DNA from: a virus
Length of the DNA: 36,166 bases
IMG/VR virus record: IMGVR_UViG_3300045988_053152
Location: 1-36,166 of that record
Reading direction: 5' to 3' (one strand)
A model generated the notes under the pieces. The model was not told the DNA's origin and did no database searches. It was given only the letters and a program-made list of their open reading frames with translations. Positions 6,692-16,984 of the stretch are shown one piece after another. A program made the position numbers and the translations under genes. Position 1 is the stretch's first letter. Each line of letters opens with the position of its first letter.

Positions 6692-7645
6692 TTAAACTGT
6701 TTCCGCTGTACACAGTTTCATGTACTGTGGAACGGCTAGCATAGCATCAGCAGCAAATACAGTAGTACTGTAATACTTGCGGTCCTTCGCATCCTGGATA
6801 AACGGCGCAATAGTCAGACTAGAGTCTTCCAATGCCAACTGAATGTTTGTTTTCGGAGTGAACGCAATGAATGATTGCACGGTTAACGCGTCACCCTTCG
6901 CGCTGTTGGATACGTGGCGTAACTCGTTGATTTTGTAACCTTCGAAGTAGTACGCGGGTTTTCCGTCTTCCATGTTAGCCTGTGCCAGGTTGTTATCTTT
7001 CGACTGCACGATATTCTTGTATGCGCGCATAACGTTGCTGGATACGAAAAATTCGGAATCGTTCAGCTGGTCCGGACGTTGGCCGTCGATACACCATTTC
7101 AGGCACTCTAACACGTTTGCCTGGTCGTCGGGTGTCAATGCCTTGATAGTCTCGGTTGATGCCTGCATCTGCTTGATGATACCACCATTTTTGAATACGG
7201 TGTATTCTCCATTGGTATCAGAGGTTTTCAGACCGTCCAACCACACGAGACGTAACATATCAGCTTCCAGCACCTTCAAAATTTCGCTCTGCATGAATGC
7301 GGCCAACTGTGTCTGGTCGAAGCTGTCAGAAAGGTGCACACCCTTCGCCACCATTTTACCCCACAGGTCTTGCAGACATACCACGATAGGCAACTCTATC
7401 TGCGCATGGTCGTAATACTTAACTTTGTCCTGCACTGCGCTGTACTTGTACTCGCTGTCGCAACCTGCCGAACGTCTTACTGCCTTGTCGGTCGCTGTGA
7501 ATGTAAGAATAGGTTTTCCTTTCTCAATGCCCGCCAACACGGTTACGCCGTTGGACAATTCGCCTTCCAGACCAAGCGTCAAGGAGATAACCTCGGATAA
7601 ACTGTCAATGTTCAGTTTGTTTAAATCACTAAATGTAAATGCCAT
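6692..7645 (-). CDS. Probable major capsid protein (HK97-fold class)
   Basis: 317 aa. It directly follows the protease/scaffold-like gene, has its own A/T-rich leader, and has a size and position typical of a capsid protein. Confidence 0.55.
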   Translation of the reverse strand: MAFTFSDLNKLNIDSLSEVISLTLGLEGELSNGVTVLAGIEKGKPILTFTATDKAVRRSAGCDSEYKYSAVQDKVKYYDHAQIELPIVVCLQDLWGKMVAKGVHLSDSFDQTQLAAFMQSEILKVLEADMLRLVWLDGLKTSDTNGEYTVFKNGGIIKQMQASTETIKALTPDDQANVLECLKWCIDGQRPDQLNDSEFFVSSNVMRAYKNIVQSKDNNLAQANMEDGKPAYYFEGYKINELRHVSNSAKGDALTVQSFIAFTPKTNIQLALEDSSLTIAPFIQDAKDRKYYSTTVFAADAMLAVPQYMKLCTAETV

Positions 7646-7660
7646 AATTTTCTAGTTTTT
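7641..7660 (-). repeat. 20-nt translation-start cassette identical to 6666-6685
   Basis: Direct reading; see 6666-6685. Confidence 0.85.
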
Positions 7661-7678
7661 TAGTTGTTAATTAATTAT

Positions 7679-8695
7679 TTAGCGCCATTTTTTGCGGTTC
7701 TCCAAGAATGCTTTCTGAACGGCGTCACGGCTTAATTTTGTTTCTCCCTTGTTTTCCTCGGTCTTAACCTCGGTCTTAGCGGGCTTCGGAGTTCCGGACT
7801 TGCGGCTTAACTGTGTTTTCAGTGCGGAAATTTCCGCCTTCAACGCGGTTACTTCTGCCTGTACTGCTGACAGTTCTTCCGGTGTCGGTGTTTTCTTCTC
7901 CTCTTCGTTCTCTTTGCCCTCGGGTTTTTCGATATCTTCCGCGAGTTCTTCCGGTTCTTCTACTTCGATATCCTTAACCCCTGCGATTACACCGCCCTCA
8001 ACGACCAGGATAATATCCCCGTCCGGCGTGGTAATTTGGTAGTCCCCGTCCGGCGCCGGGTTCCCGTCCGCCAATGTAACGGCATCGCCTACCTGCACCT
8101 CGTCACTAGCAGAAGATACCGTAATCTCGGTGCCGTCTGATGTGGTGAACGTTTCCGTGGCTAGCTTCGTTTTTGAAAGCATAGACACCAAACCTTTGAA
8201 TGAAAATTTGCTCATCGTTTTTGAATTTTTAAAGTTATTGCTAAAAAGTGAACTAGTCGCGGCGGGAAGCCCCACCAAATCAGCGCTAAAAAATGCAGTC
8301 ACCTCTGTAACTGTTGCCGTTCCCGTCTCATCATCGAATTTTTTAATATCCATTTGGTTGACAGATACACCTAACAATTCCGGTTCCTTCTCAATCATGT
8401 TAACCATGAATGCGAATTCAGAGGGGTACGCGGTCTCCAATGCTTCCGACATAACAAGGTCGGCATATACTGCCGTGTCATCGCTCGTGAAGTTCTTGAA
8501 ATAGCCTATATACCCGTCCAACAAATCAGTACCGTTATGTGTCCGGCGCGCGTGAATCGGTCGTTCGTTTCCAAGCGCTACAAGGGAAGGGAAGCTTTCG
8601 GCGGAAATAACTAATTTATAGTCTTTCCCGTTCTCCTCGATAACGTTTTTCGTCTCGCCCGCTTCGATTATTCGTAATTTTTCGAATGTTTTCAT
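7679..8695 (-). CDS. Prohead protease/scaffold-like protein
   Basis: 338 aa. The N-terminal ~170 aa carry His/Ser-containing segments (RRTHNGTD...GVSVNQ). The acidic PE-rich linker and C-terminal coiled coil (AEVTALKAEISALKTQL) are typical of scaffolds. It lies upstream of the capsid gene. Confidence 0.4.
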   Translation of the reverse strand: MKTFEKLRIIEAGETKNVIEENGKDYKLVISAESFPSLVALGNERPIHARRTHNGTDLLDGYIGYFKNFTSDDTAVYADLVMSEALETAYPSEFAFMVNMIEKEPELLGVSVNQMDIKKFDDETGTATVTEVTAFFSADLVGLPAATSSLFSNNFKNSKTMSKFSFKGLVSMLSKTKLATETFTTSDGTEITVSSASDEVQVGDAVTLADGNPAPDGDYQITTPDGDIILVVEGGVIAGVKDIEVEEPEELAEDIEKPEGKENEEEKKTPTPEELSAVQAEVTALKAEISALKTQLSRKSGTPKPAKTEVKTEENKGETKLSRDAVQKAFLENRKKWR

Positions 8696-8716
8696 ATAAT
8701 TATATTAATTACGTGA

Positions 8717-8724
8717 CAAAGTTA
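8717..8724 (-). promoter_or_regulatory. Candidate internal late promoter, -7 box TAACTTTG
   Basis: The reverse complement of caaagtta fits TAnnTTTG. It lies in the 68-nt gap between the tape-measure-like and scaffold-like genes. No clear -33 TTTG. Confidence 0.35.
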
Positions 8725-8763
8725 TGATATTAAACTACATTTAAGGGGTTTTTTGCCTATCAA

Positions 8764-11277
8764 TTAAGTGCCCGCAGCCACCTGCACGCTCTGCGCGCGC
8801 TCTGTTTCCTCATTAATGTCCGTTACTGCGACCTGTGGCGCCGGAACGCGTGCGACCGAATCGTACATTATAGCGGCCAGCTTGTACAGGCTGTCATCAG
8901 ACAGGGCGAAATTAGACGGCATTTTTACGGTACCGTTGGAACCTACCGATATCTTGCCACCATTTGCGTAACGGTACACACCGGAATTGCCGAATGAACG
9001 CCCGCCGTACTCCATATTTAGCGCTGATAGCGCATTTATCGCTCCGGAAGCCTTCCGGTTAAGTATGTACATATTCTCGCCTCCTTCGGCCTCGAATCGC
9101 TGCCCATTGGAGCCTACGAACGTTACACCCCCGGCGGAATGGCTAGGGCCGTAAATCTGCCCGCCCTTCGCATACTTCGCGGACGGTTTGCGTACCTTAG
9201 TATCTGGTTCTTTCGTTTTCGTGATACTCATCACTTGTTTCATTCCGGCGGCTATCACGATTGCCGCCTGCGCTACGCCTAATATACCGCCTTGTGCCAA
9301 TGCTTTCGAAGCGCCTAGATATGTGTTTATTGTGGCTTGTACTATTGCGGCGGCTTTACCCGCTGCGGACTCCTCGCCCAACAGCGTTGAGAGTTGCCCG
9401 GCTACATCGCCCGCCAGCGCTACGCGCGCGTTCGCTGCGGCCTTTTCCCGCTGTGACTTGATAAGTTCGTAACGTTCGTATATGCTGTCCGTCTCGGCGC
9501 CTATCGCCTCGGCTGCGGCTACCTCCGCGTCTCTTTTCATATCCAGCCGGATAAGGTCGGCCTCTAGGGAGTTGCCTAACTTAATATCCTCTAATTGTCT
9601 TTGGTTCTCAATCTCCATTGCCTGGCGGTCCCTCTCGGACTGTGCGCGGGCGTCTGTTTCCGCCTTCACTGCTGTGGCAAATTGGAGTTGTAGCGCCTTG
9701 ACGTTATTAAGGTATTCCTGTTCTCCGATAAGGTTTTGTTCCCTCTTGTACTTCTCGGCCTCTATCTGCGCGTTGATAACCCGCTGTTGTTCCTCAAGTG
9801 TGGCGGCTCCGTTCTTCAATTCGTTCTCGGCAATTTGCAATTGCATCGCCTCGACTGCATCAGCGTATTGCTTTAACACGGCTTGTTGCGCTTTCGTTCG
9901 TGCGTCTGCCGCCCTCTGTGCCGCTTCCCTTTCCGCCTTTTCCGCATCTTCCGCCGCTTTGCGCCGCGCGTCTAGTGCTGCCTTTATATTGGCCTGCTTC
10001 GCGGCCGCGTCTGCCTTCTCATATCCGGTTAATTGCCCGTATATTTCTTTCTCCTGTGTGGCGTAGCTTGCTCGGGCCTGCTCAAGTGCTGCCAGGGCTT
10101 CCTGCTCCTTCCGGGCGTCCTCGTCTGATGTGTATCCGAGTTCGTTTTGGGCTTTAATTTGCTTGTACTTGGCCTCTAGTATCGATACTTCCATGTCCCT
10201 AATAGCGTGAAGTTTCTCGGTAGCCTGCTCTAGCAGTTTCCGGCGTTCCTCCGCGGTCTTGTTTTGGTCGGCCGCCAGGGTCTTCAATTCCTCCATTTCG
10301 CGCTTCATACGGGCCATTGGCACAAGCATATCGGTTTCCGCCTTGTAAATGCGCTGTATCTCCTTCTCTAGGGCGCTAGCAGATTTTGCCGCCTCTAGTG
10401 TGGCATCCGATATAAGCCCTATTTTGTTGAGTAGCCAGGTTATTTTCTCGGCCAGCCATTCAAAGGCCTTTGCAAGCGCCGTGAACATTTCCGTAATGTA
10501 GTCCAGCAACCGCCCTAGAATCGTTTGGAAGGGCGCAAAAGCCGCCTTTAGGCTCGTCGCTAGTTCGCTGTTCCTCTTAATCATCTTCTCGATAGCTCCG
10601 ATAAGGGTTAACACGGTCGTAACGATAAAAAGTATAGGGTTCGCCTTCAACGCGGCGTTAAACGCCTGCACGCCTGTTATACCGCTTTTCATCGCACCGA
10701 CAAGTGCGCCGGTTCCGCCGGATAGTCCCTGTGTTTGCAGAATTCCGTCCTTGACGCTTTCCGCATAGTTACCCACGTTCCGGCGGTTATCGCCTACGGA
10801 CTTCTCTAGCTCCTTCAGTTTGTCGGATAGGGCCTTAGTCTGCTCGGTGAGTTCTACGCCTTCCTTGCTGGTGGTGCGCTGCGCCTCGGACATCTTGTTA
10901 AGTTCCACGGTATTCTGCGCCAACTGTGCACGGAGCGCGTTAACGCTCGTGGCCTCGCTGTCAAGCAGGGTTTTTGTGCTCTTAATCTCGGCGTTATTCT
11001 CCTTCTGTGCGTTCGCATTGTCTAACAGGGCTTTTTTCGTCTCTATCATTTCCTTGTTAAGCTTCCGTACTGATGCTTCGTACTTGTCTTGTGATACAAG
11101 TCCGTCCGCGTAATTTTGGTTCAATGCGTCAAGCGCCGATTTTTCCGTAGTATAAGCCGCTTGTAAATCTTTTTTGGTCTTTGCAAGCGCTATACTTTTC
11201 GCTATCAGAGCGTCGAGGCCCTTTTCAGCCTCTGACGTTCCGAAATTTAAGTCTAATAATGTTACTTGGTCTGCCAT
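8764..11277 (-). CDS. Tape-measure-like or internal virion protein (long coiled coils with central hydrophobic segments)
   Basis: 837 aa. Extended Ala/Glu/Lys/Gln-rich helical sequence and Gly/Ala-rich hydrophobic stretches (ILFIVTTVLTLIGAI, GGILGVAQAAIVIAAG). It is the longest late gene. Confidence 0.5.
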   Translation of the reverse strand: MADQVTLLDLNFGTSEAEKGLDALIAKSIALAKTKKDLQAAYTTEKSALDALNQNYADGLVSQDKYEASVRKLNKEMIETKKALLDNANAQKENNAEIKSTKTLLDSEATSVNALRAQLAQNTVELNKMSEAQRTTSKEGVELTEQTKALSDKLKELEKSVGDNRRNVGNYAESVKDGILQTQGLSGGTGALVGAMKSGITGVQAFNAALKANPILFIVTTVLTLIGAIEKMIKRNSELATSLKAAFAPFQTILGRLLDYITEMFTALAKAFEWLAEKITWLLNKIGLISDATLEAAKSASALEKEIQRIYKAETDMLVPMARMKREMEELKTLAADQNKTAEERRKLLEQATEKLHAIRDMEVSILEAKYKQIKAQNELGYTSDEDARKEQEALAALEQARASYATQEKEIYGQLTGYEKADAAAKQANIKAALDARRKAAEDAEKAEREAAQRAADARTKAQQAVLKQYADAVEAMQLQIAENELKNGAATLEEQQRVINAQIEAEKYKREQNLIGEQEYLNNVKALQLQFATAVKAETDARAQSERDRQAMEIENQRQLEDIKLGNSLEADLIRLDMKRDAEVAAAEAIGAETDSIYERYELIKSQREKAAANARVALAGDVAGQLSTLLGEESAAGKAAAIVQATINTYLGASKALAQGGILGVAQAAIVIAAGMKQVMSITKTKEPDTKVRKPSAKYAKGGQIYGPSHSAGGVTFVGSNGQRFEAEGGENMYILNRKASGAINALSALNMEYGGRSFGNSGVYRYANGGKISVGSNGTVKMPSNFALSDDSLYKLAAIMYDSVARVPAPQVAVTDINEETERAQSVQVAAGT

Positions 11278-11281
11278 ATAG

Positions 11282-13036
11282 TTAGCTCATTAAGTCTAAT
11301 TTGTACAAAGATAGCTTGCAATCGCCTTTAGTTACGTCATATTCACCCAAAGATTTGAGGTAAAACCACCCGCCCAACTGCGAAAAGTAATACGCGCGGT
11401 CCAACTTGAGGTTAATAACGTCGTTATAATCTAGTCGGGCCTTGATTTTAATCAGCATTCTAGGCGCAAATAGCTTAAAGTGTCTCTTTATGTAAGAGCG
11501 ATAAATGTCCTCTAGTGCAGTCACATACGTAGCTGTTCCCCCCGTCGTAAACTTAGACGTTAACGCCACTTTTGGAAACGCCATAAAGTTATATGCGAAC
11601 GGAAGTCCGGACTTATACGCGTCCTTTACGGGCGTGAGCGTTCCGGGGCCTGTCGAGTAGCTGTACTTAACGTCCCCCACTTGCGTAACGAGTTGGTCCG
11701 CGAATTCATCGGGCGTCTCGATAGTGTCCACGCTAATAAACTTACTGCTCCAATCCTCTAGGAATTGGTGCCTGTTCCCCGTCTTGTCCCGTATATTGAT
11801 ATTGATGATTGGTTCAATGCTCAATGTATTGTTGCGCCACTGTTTACGCCAATGGAACGCCGTACACAAGTCATCAATCAATTTCCGAACGTCCGAGTAG
11901 GGGAAGCCTGTACCCGTTACCACCGTCCCGGATGCGGGGCTGTACGCGCTTAATACTTCCGCGGCGCCGTCGCCCAAATCAATGAGTTCTTCCGGTGCAT
12001 ATCCGTCCGGGAATTTGAAACACGATACCTTGCTACCACCTATAAGACCCTTCACTATCATATACTTGTCTTTTGTCGGCGTAACGAAAACCACGTCATT
12101 AAGTGACGACCCGTACAGCCAAATACGGTCGGTCAGTCTTGAACGCGGGTACAATTTACCTCCGGTTAGGTTAGTACTTTCCCCCACTATATGCAGTTCC
12201 GGTAGCGGGTCGGGAATTGTAGCGCCCGTGTACTCCACTATCATACGGATATCCCGCCCTACCCCGGAACGGAGATTGAACCCTGGGTTTTGTCCGTTTG
12301 GGGCCTGGCCGAACAATGTGGCGTATAGTGCTTTCATCGTGTCGGATATGACAACCTGTGCGATACTAGGATAGATATACCCCCCGCGGCCCTTCGTATA
12401 TTCTTTGGGAACTAGTGTCATGTTACCGGACGCTACATCATTATCCCACACGATAGACGAACGGAAAATCATAATAGTAGGCTTTAACCGGGCCGCGTCT
12501 ATCGGTTCAGGAATAGAGGCACCCTCGTTATTCTTCGGTGTCAACTTCGGGAACGTGCCTTCCTTCCATGTGACATGGTCGTTGATAACCTTTTCCAGGT
12601 TGACAACCCTAGTAGCGTTCAGCCACCCCGCAAACATCTGTTCCACTTGTACAAGAGGGTGTTGCAATCTTATCTCCTCGTCGCTCCACCTCTCCGTATT
12701 CTCGACTAGTGATATGTTGTAATTTCCGCCGTTGTACGTTACTTTGGCATAGAACTCCACGTCATACCCCATGTATTGAAATGGAAGGCTGCGAACGAAT
12801 AATTTACAGTCGTAAAATACACACTCGTGGAACCCCTGTTGTAGGTTCTTGAATACGCGGTCATTGTTGGCGCTTCTCGGCACCTTGATAGTAGCCGAGA
12901 ATGCCACACTGTCACCTGTCATTGTGACGGGTGATATATTGTTAACCGTGAGTTTTACGGAGGACCCCGAAAGGCCCTCAACGTAATTTCCATTAATCCT
13001 TAATTGTACTATATCCATATTAACCTGCTTGTTCAA
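11282..13036 (-). CDS. Putative tail/baseplate structural protein
   Basis: 584-aa ORF in the late module beside the tape-measure-like gene. No motif recognised. Confidence 0.4.
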   Translation of the reverse strand: MNKQVNMDIVQLRINGNYVEGLSGSSVKLTVNNISPVTMTGDSVAFSATIKVPRSANNDRVFKNLQQGFHECVFYDCKLFVRSLPFQYMGYDVEFYAKVTYNGGNYNISLVENTERWSDEEIRLQHPLVQVEQMFAGWLNATRVVNLEKVINDHVTWKEGTFPKLTPKNNEGASIPEPIDAARLKPTIMIFRSSIVWDNDVASGNMTLVPKEYTKGRGGYIYPSIAQVVISDTMKALYATLFGQAPNGQNPGFNLRSGVGRDIRMIVEYTGATIPDPLPELHIVGESTNLTGGKLYPRSRLTDRIWLYGSSLNDVVFVTPTKDKYMIVKGLIGGSKVSCFKFPDGYAPEELIDLGDGAAEVLSAYSPASGTVVTGTGFPYSDVRKLIDDLCTAFHWRKQWRNNTLSIEPIININIRDKTGNRHQFLEDWSSKFISVDTIETPDEFADQLVTQVGDVKYSYSTGPGTLTPVKDAYKSGLPFAYNFMAFPKVALTSKFTTGGTATYVTALEDIYRSYIKRHFKLFAPRMLIKIKARLDYNDVINLKLDRAYYFSQLGGWFYLKSLGEYDVTKGDCKLSLYKLDLMS

Positions 13037-13067
13037 TTCTTGTAATTATAGCCGTACTGAAAAACCG

Positions 13068-14144
13068 CTACGAAATAGCCGTGGGTGAGTCCGGCAGTAC
13101 GGGCGAAATGTAGTTATCTTGCAACTCCATTGTACGGAATCTCACCTGCTGTCTGTATGTGCGCGTGCTGCCAGACCACCGGGCGCCGGAATCGCTGGCT
13201 ACTTCCGCACGGAATACTTTGTACTGGTATTGGTTTATGCCCGGTATATTCAGTTCCATAATAATCTGTGATGATATCATCAACTGCTGGTATACCGCGT
13301 ACTTGTCCGGGCCGTACTCCATGTTAACCGTAACATCCGCCTGCTCCGTGGCACCACCCAGGCCGCGCAGATACGTGAAGTTGTTCGACCAAAAGAAGTT
13401 CTTGAAAGCGTCCCAAAACCATTCGCCATTCTGCATGTTCCACCGGACACGGAGCGCGCATAATAACGCGTCGTCCTCATTGGCGCGGTTCCAATTGCGG
13501 TTTTCGTACTCTATAACGTGGTCTATGCCCGTACCCCATACGTCCTTTATAGTCAATTTCTTTAGGTACCGCACGTCAATTGTCTTTCCGAGTTCGTATA
13601 CTGTCGGCATAATAACCCCCGCGGGGACCGCGTCATCGACGGGTTCGGCCTCTACCGGAAACGTTACGCCCGGTGCCGTCGCAAATGGGTAGTATATGTC
13701 TACATCTTGTCCGGGCATTTTGATTTTAGGCGGCTCGGGTAATGATGCCTGGTTGCCCGGTATCGTGTGCCAGTAGGTTAGGTCACAATGGAATACACCC
13801 AACGTGATAAACTGCGCGCCCGCACTTGTATTGCAAAGGAATATTAGACTGGACTCCGCAGTTAGCTCGGTAGACTTTTGACGGTCCGCGCGCGTCATTA
13901 GGGGGCAGACAAAAGACATATCAAAGTCTATCACCTCCTCGTATGGCAGTTCGAACGTGTGTACCGCAGTGCCCTGGTTGGCCACTGCGACGGTTATGGT
14001 TTGTCCTACGCCGGAAATCTTGTCCGGGTATATCTTAATCATCATAGGGCGGGTAGGCCATACGGGTAACTGCCTAGGGTAAATTACCGTCTGATTCGTT
14101 ACGCCCCGCAATTCCACGCCTGCAACGGGTATTGTTATCTTCAT
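13068..14144 (-). CDS. Putative tail structural protein
   Basis: 358-aa ORF in the late module. No motif recognised. Confidence 0.4.
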   Translation of the reverse strand: MKITIPVAGVELRGVTNQTVIYPRQLPVWPTRPMMIKIYPDKISGVGQTITVAVANQGTAVHTFELPYEEVIDFDMSFVCPLMTRADRQKSTELTAESSLIFLCNTSAGAQFITLGVFHCDLTYWHTIPGNQASLPEPPKIKMPGQDVDIYYPFATAPGVTFPVEAEPVDDAVPAGVIMPTVYELGKTIDVRYLKKLTIKDVWGTGIDHVIEYENRNWNRANEDDALLCALRVRWNMQNGEWFWDAFKNFFWSNNFTYLRGLGGATEQADVTVNMEYGPDKYAVYQQLMISSQIIMELNIPGINQYQYKVFRAEVASDSGARWSGSTRTYRQQVRFRTMELQDNYISPVLPDSPTAIS

Positions 14145-14146
14145 AA

Positions 14147-14593
14147 TTACTTGATGTTTAAAGTGTCAATAATCGCATATCGTATTATAGTGATGATATC
14201 GTTTTGGAGCGCCAGCACCCTTGCAGGGTTAAGTACATCCGACACCACGCCGCCGGGGTTGTGGTCGTTGGGGACCTTTATGCCTTCTTCGCCTATCATC
14301 TTGGCGATAGGATACGCCGCTTCAATCGGTATGTTAGCCCCTCGGCGGTTCTTGTCCTCTATCCACCGTTTGATAACGGATAACGGCGGCCGCCTTCCGG
14401 GTGCCCGTCCGCCTTCCATTGCACCGACATAGCGCGGCGCGGTTATCTTCGCGTTGTTGCCGCTTACAGTAAGTTTCAGTTCGCGCCCGAAGTTACCGGA
14501 AGCCACCAGGCCCTTCTGTATGTACGACTGCTCGATATCGTCCCGTAGCTTGGTTAGAAGTACTTCAATCTGTGTTATCGGATTCGCTGCCAT
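14147..14593 (-). CDS. Small virion-module protein (possible neck or tail-completion protein)
   Basis: 148 aa. Its start overlaps the stop of the upstream gene (TAATG). The functional call rests on context only. Confidence 0.4.
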   Translation of the reverse strand: MAANPITQIEVLLTKLRDDIEQSYIQKGLVASGNFGRELKLTVSGNNAKITAPRYVGAMEGGRAPGRRPPLSVIKRWIEDKNRRGANIPIEAAYPIAKMIGEEGIKVPNDHNPGGVVSDVLNPARVLALQNDIITIIRYAIIDTLNIK

Positions 14594-14991
14594 TACTCGG
14601 ATATATTAAGAGTTATCTCCCACCCCGATTTGGGACTATCATATATATTTTGTCTCTTAACCACATTTGCGGCCCCGCTAACGTAGTTACAGCCCGCCTG
14701 CCTGGCAATGTCTGTAATAACGGTGAAAGTCCTGTCTAGGACCTCTATTTCCGCCGTATCGTCACGTAGGTAGTGGGATGTCCCTAGCACCTGGATAAGT
14801 ACGTTAATTCCGAACGGCTCGGGTGCCAAATCGGAGTATGTCTGTATCCCTCCGGGCACATCTACGAAAACGAAGTCACCCGTAATTTGGTTCGCTAGAA
14901 CATTGCGGGTGTACTCATCTCCGAAAAACACGGGTAGGCCGTGTCGGCCCGCCCATGTTGATACGTCATCTAATATCCCTTTAAAAGTCAT
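14593..14991 (-). CDS. Small virion-module protein, function unknown
   Basis: 132-aa ORF that overlaps the upstream gene by 11 nt. Confidence 0.4.
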   Translation of the reverse strand: MTFKGILDDVSTWAGRHGLPVFFGDEYTRNVLANQITGDFVFVDVPGGIQTYSDLAPEPFGINVLIQVLGTSHYLRDDTAEIEVLDRTFTVITDIARQAGCNYVSGAANVVKRQNIYDSPKSGWEITLNISE

Positions 14992-16981
14992 ACTTAGTTT
15001 TTACGTTATTGTCATATGTGGGTTCGTTCTCGCTGCTGATTGTCCGCCTACCCGTCCATATCCTTTCTTTGGTTTGACGGTAATTTCCGACAAGGCGAAT
15101 ACAGCCGTATGCCTCTACATTCTTGTCGGACGTATCCGCATTATCCTCTAGTATTAATACGCCTCTTCCGGATACCTTCCCAGCTATTCTAGACTTTCCG
15201 TACATTGCCAAGGAAAGGGTATTGAATGCAAGGGTGCCGGAAAACTCGGAGTCTCCGCACATATATACAACATTACTCCCCGACCGGGACCTAGCCAAAA
15301 ATTTAGCGTTGTCCTCTATGTGTATATCAGAATCGAACTTTCCTTCTTCCCAGGCGGGGGAGAAAACGCCGTTATCCGTCACGTATGCGGAGCCGAATAT
15401 GTAGGCATTCTCCGTAACGGAGTTCCCGCCAAAGTAGCCCGTTCCGGTGATTCTAGTATCTTTAACCTTGGCGTTACCCTCTACACGGACGTTACCCGAT
15501 ATAACCATTGCCGTTTCTTTCGTGTTGGTTATCTCGCAGCCTTTACCTCCTCCGTGGTTTCCGGTTCCGCCGAATACGTTTGTACCCGAGATGTTAAATA
15601 GCCCGGTTAGTTTTGCATCCTTGTAAATCGTGGTAGCGACCATAGTCGCCAAATCTGAAAAGTTGGCATCTTTAATACTGTCGTAGCTTTCCACAAGTGC
15701 GCCGAATTTTTTGCTAGCTACGTGATACACGCGGTACATTCCTTCAACCTCCGAACTACATAGAGTACCGAATATGAGAGCTTTACCCAAATCGGCGCTA
15801 GCTTTCGAAAAGTCGATATCCGTGTACACATTGCGGTTAACCGGGTTGTGATAGAACAGACCGTGTTCAACGTTACAACGGATGAACTTAAATGGAAAGC
15901 TAGTAGATAAGGCACTAAGGGTGTCTTTAGGTATGACCTGCTCCGATTGGGTGAATGTATAACAATCTCGGGCGTTGATTTTATTTCTAGCTACATAAGA
16001 CACGGCAAATGAGTATGAACCGTCATTTACTAGTCTACCAATGTTATAAAAATTACCAATAAGCAAGCTATTATTAGAAATAAGCCGCCATTCTACGTTA
16101 CACTTAACCACATCCGCAAATATGTTAGCCGCGAACGCGCCGGCGCCCGTCTTACTGATAGTTAGGTTACTTCCGTCAATTACGGATTTATACACATCTA
16201 TATATGCCGTGTTGGCTACGTTAACCTTAGTTGCAATGGTCATCGCGCTAGTGTAATTGAACTCTAGGCGGCTGTCGTTAATGTTAAGCACGCCTTCCGT
16301 CACGGGCTCCGATACCTCCACCGCGGCGGTTGTAATGTCGGCTACCGCAATATCGCCCCCCGTCGTCTTTCGCACGAGAACCGCGTAATAGTAACAATCT
16401 TCGGTAGTCACGGAGACATCCGGACCTCCTGTTATCCAATTTGGCGATGCGGAAAACAGTAGCCCGTTAACATCGTATCTAAGTACTTTAATCTGATAGT
16501 CCGGGTTAGTTGCCTTAATGGTCGTTTTCGTTCCGCCGCGGTATAAGGTAGCTTTCACCCGTAGTGCCGCTGGGGCTGGCTCCTTGCTTTCCTCGTAGGT
16601 CTTACCTACCACAACAAGTGCGCCGCCTACTTCCATATCTGACGCGGCTAATGTCTTTCTAGCCGATGCCTTTCCCGTAACGAACTCGTGCGCGCCGATA
16701 AGCGCGGAAGCCCCCGTAATGTTAACGAATGGTCTAGGGTCAGTTACTGCGCCCTCGTAGCCGTTTGTGTCTACAATACTATCGCCCGCCACACGGATAG
16801 ACGGATAGTTCAGATTGCCGCTAAATATCCAGCAATTGCCCTCCTGTGACAATGTATTCTCGTCATAGACTATACCGCCTACATCGCCCACATTTACGTA
16901 ACGACCTTGTACGCGAAAAGACCGAAGCGCCTTTACGCGCTTGTCGGCCCCTACTGTGATTATCTCATACTTTTTAATCAT
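14981..16981 (-). CDS. Putative tail fibre/spike (receptor-binding) protein with beta-helix-like Gly/Asn-rich repeats
   Basis: 666 aa. The C-terminal third has irregular repeats (GNVRVEGNAKVKDTRITGTGYFGGNSVTENAYIFGSAYV...) reminiscent of beta-helical spikes. Confidence 0.45.
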   Translation of the reverse strand: MIKKYEIITVGADKRVKALRSFRVQGRYVNVGDVGGIVYDENTLSQEGNCWIFSGNLNYPSIRVAGDSIVDTNGYEGAVTDPRPFVNITGASALIGAHEFVTGKASARKTLAASDMEVGGALVVVGKTYEESKEPAPAALRVKATLYRGGTKTTIKATNPDYQIKVLRYDVNGLLFSASPNWITGGPDVSVTTEDCYYYAVLVRKTTGGDIAVADITTAAVEVSEPVTEGVLNINDSRLEFNYTSAMTIATKVNVANTAYIDVYKSVIDGSNLTISKTGAGAFAANIFADVVKCNVEWRLISNNSLLIGNFYNIGRLVNDGSYSFAVSYVARNKINARDCYTFTQSEQVIPKDTLSALSTSFPFKFIRCNVEHGLFYHNPVNRNVYTDIDFSKASADLGKALIFGTLCSSEVEGMYRVYHVASKKFGALVESYDSIKDANFSDLATMVATTIYKDAKLTGLFNISGTNVFGGTGNHGGGKGCEITNTKETAMVISGNVRVEGNAKVKDTRITGTGYFGGNSVTENAYIFGSAYVTDNGVFSPAWEEGKFDSDIHIEDNAKFLARSRSGSNVVYMCGDSEFSGTLAFNTLSLAMYGKSRIAGKVSGRGVLILEDNADTSDKNVEAYGCIRLVGNYRQTKERIWTGRRTISSENEPTYDNNVKTKYDF

Positions 16982-16984
16982 AAG

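Noticed and set aside
14981-16981. A diversity-generating retroelement or phase-variable tail fibre.
   Set aside because: There is no reverse transcriptase and no template/variable repeat pair. No invertible-segment inverted repeats or recombinase were found around the fibre-like gene.
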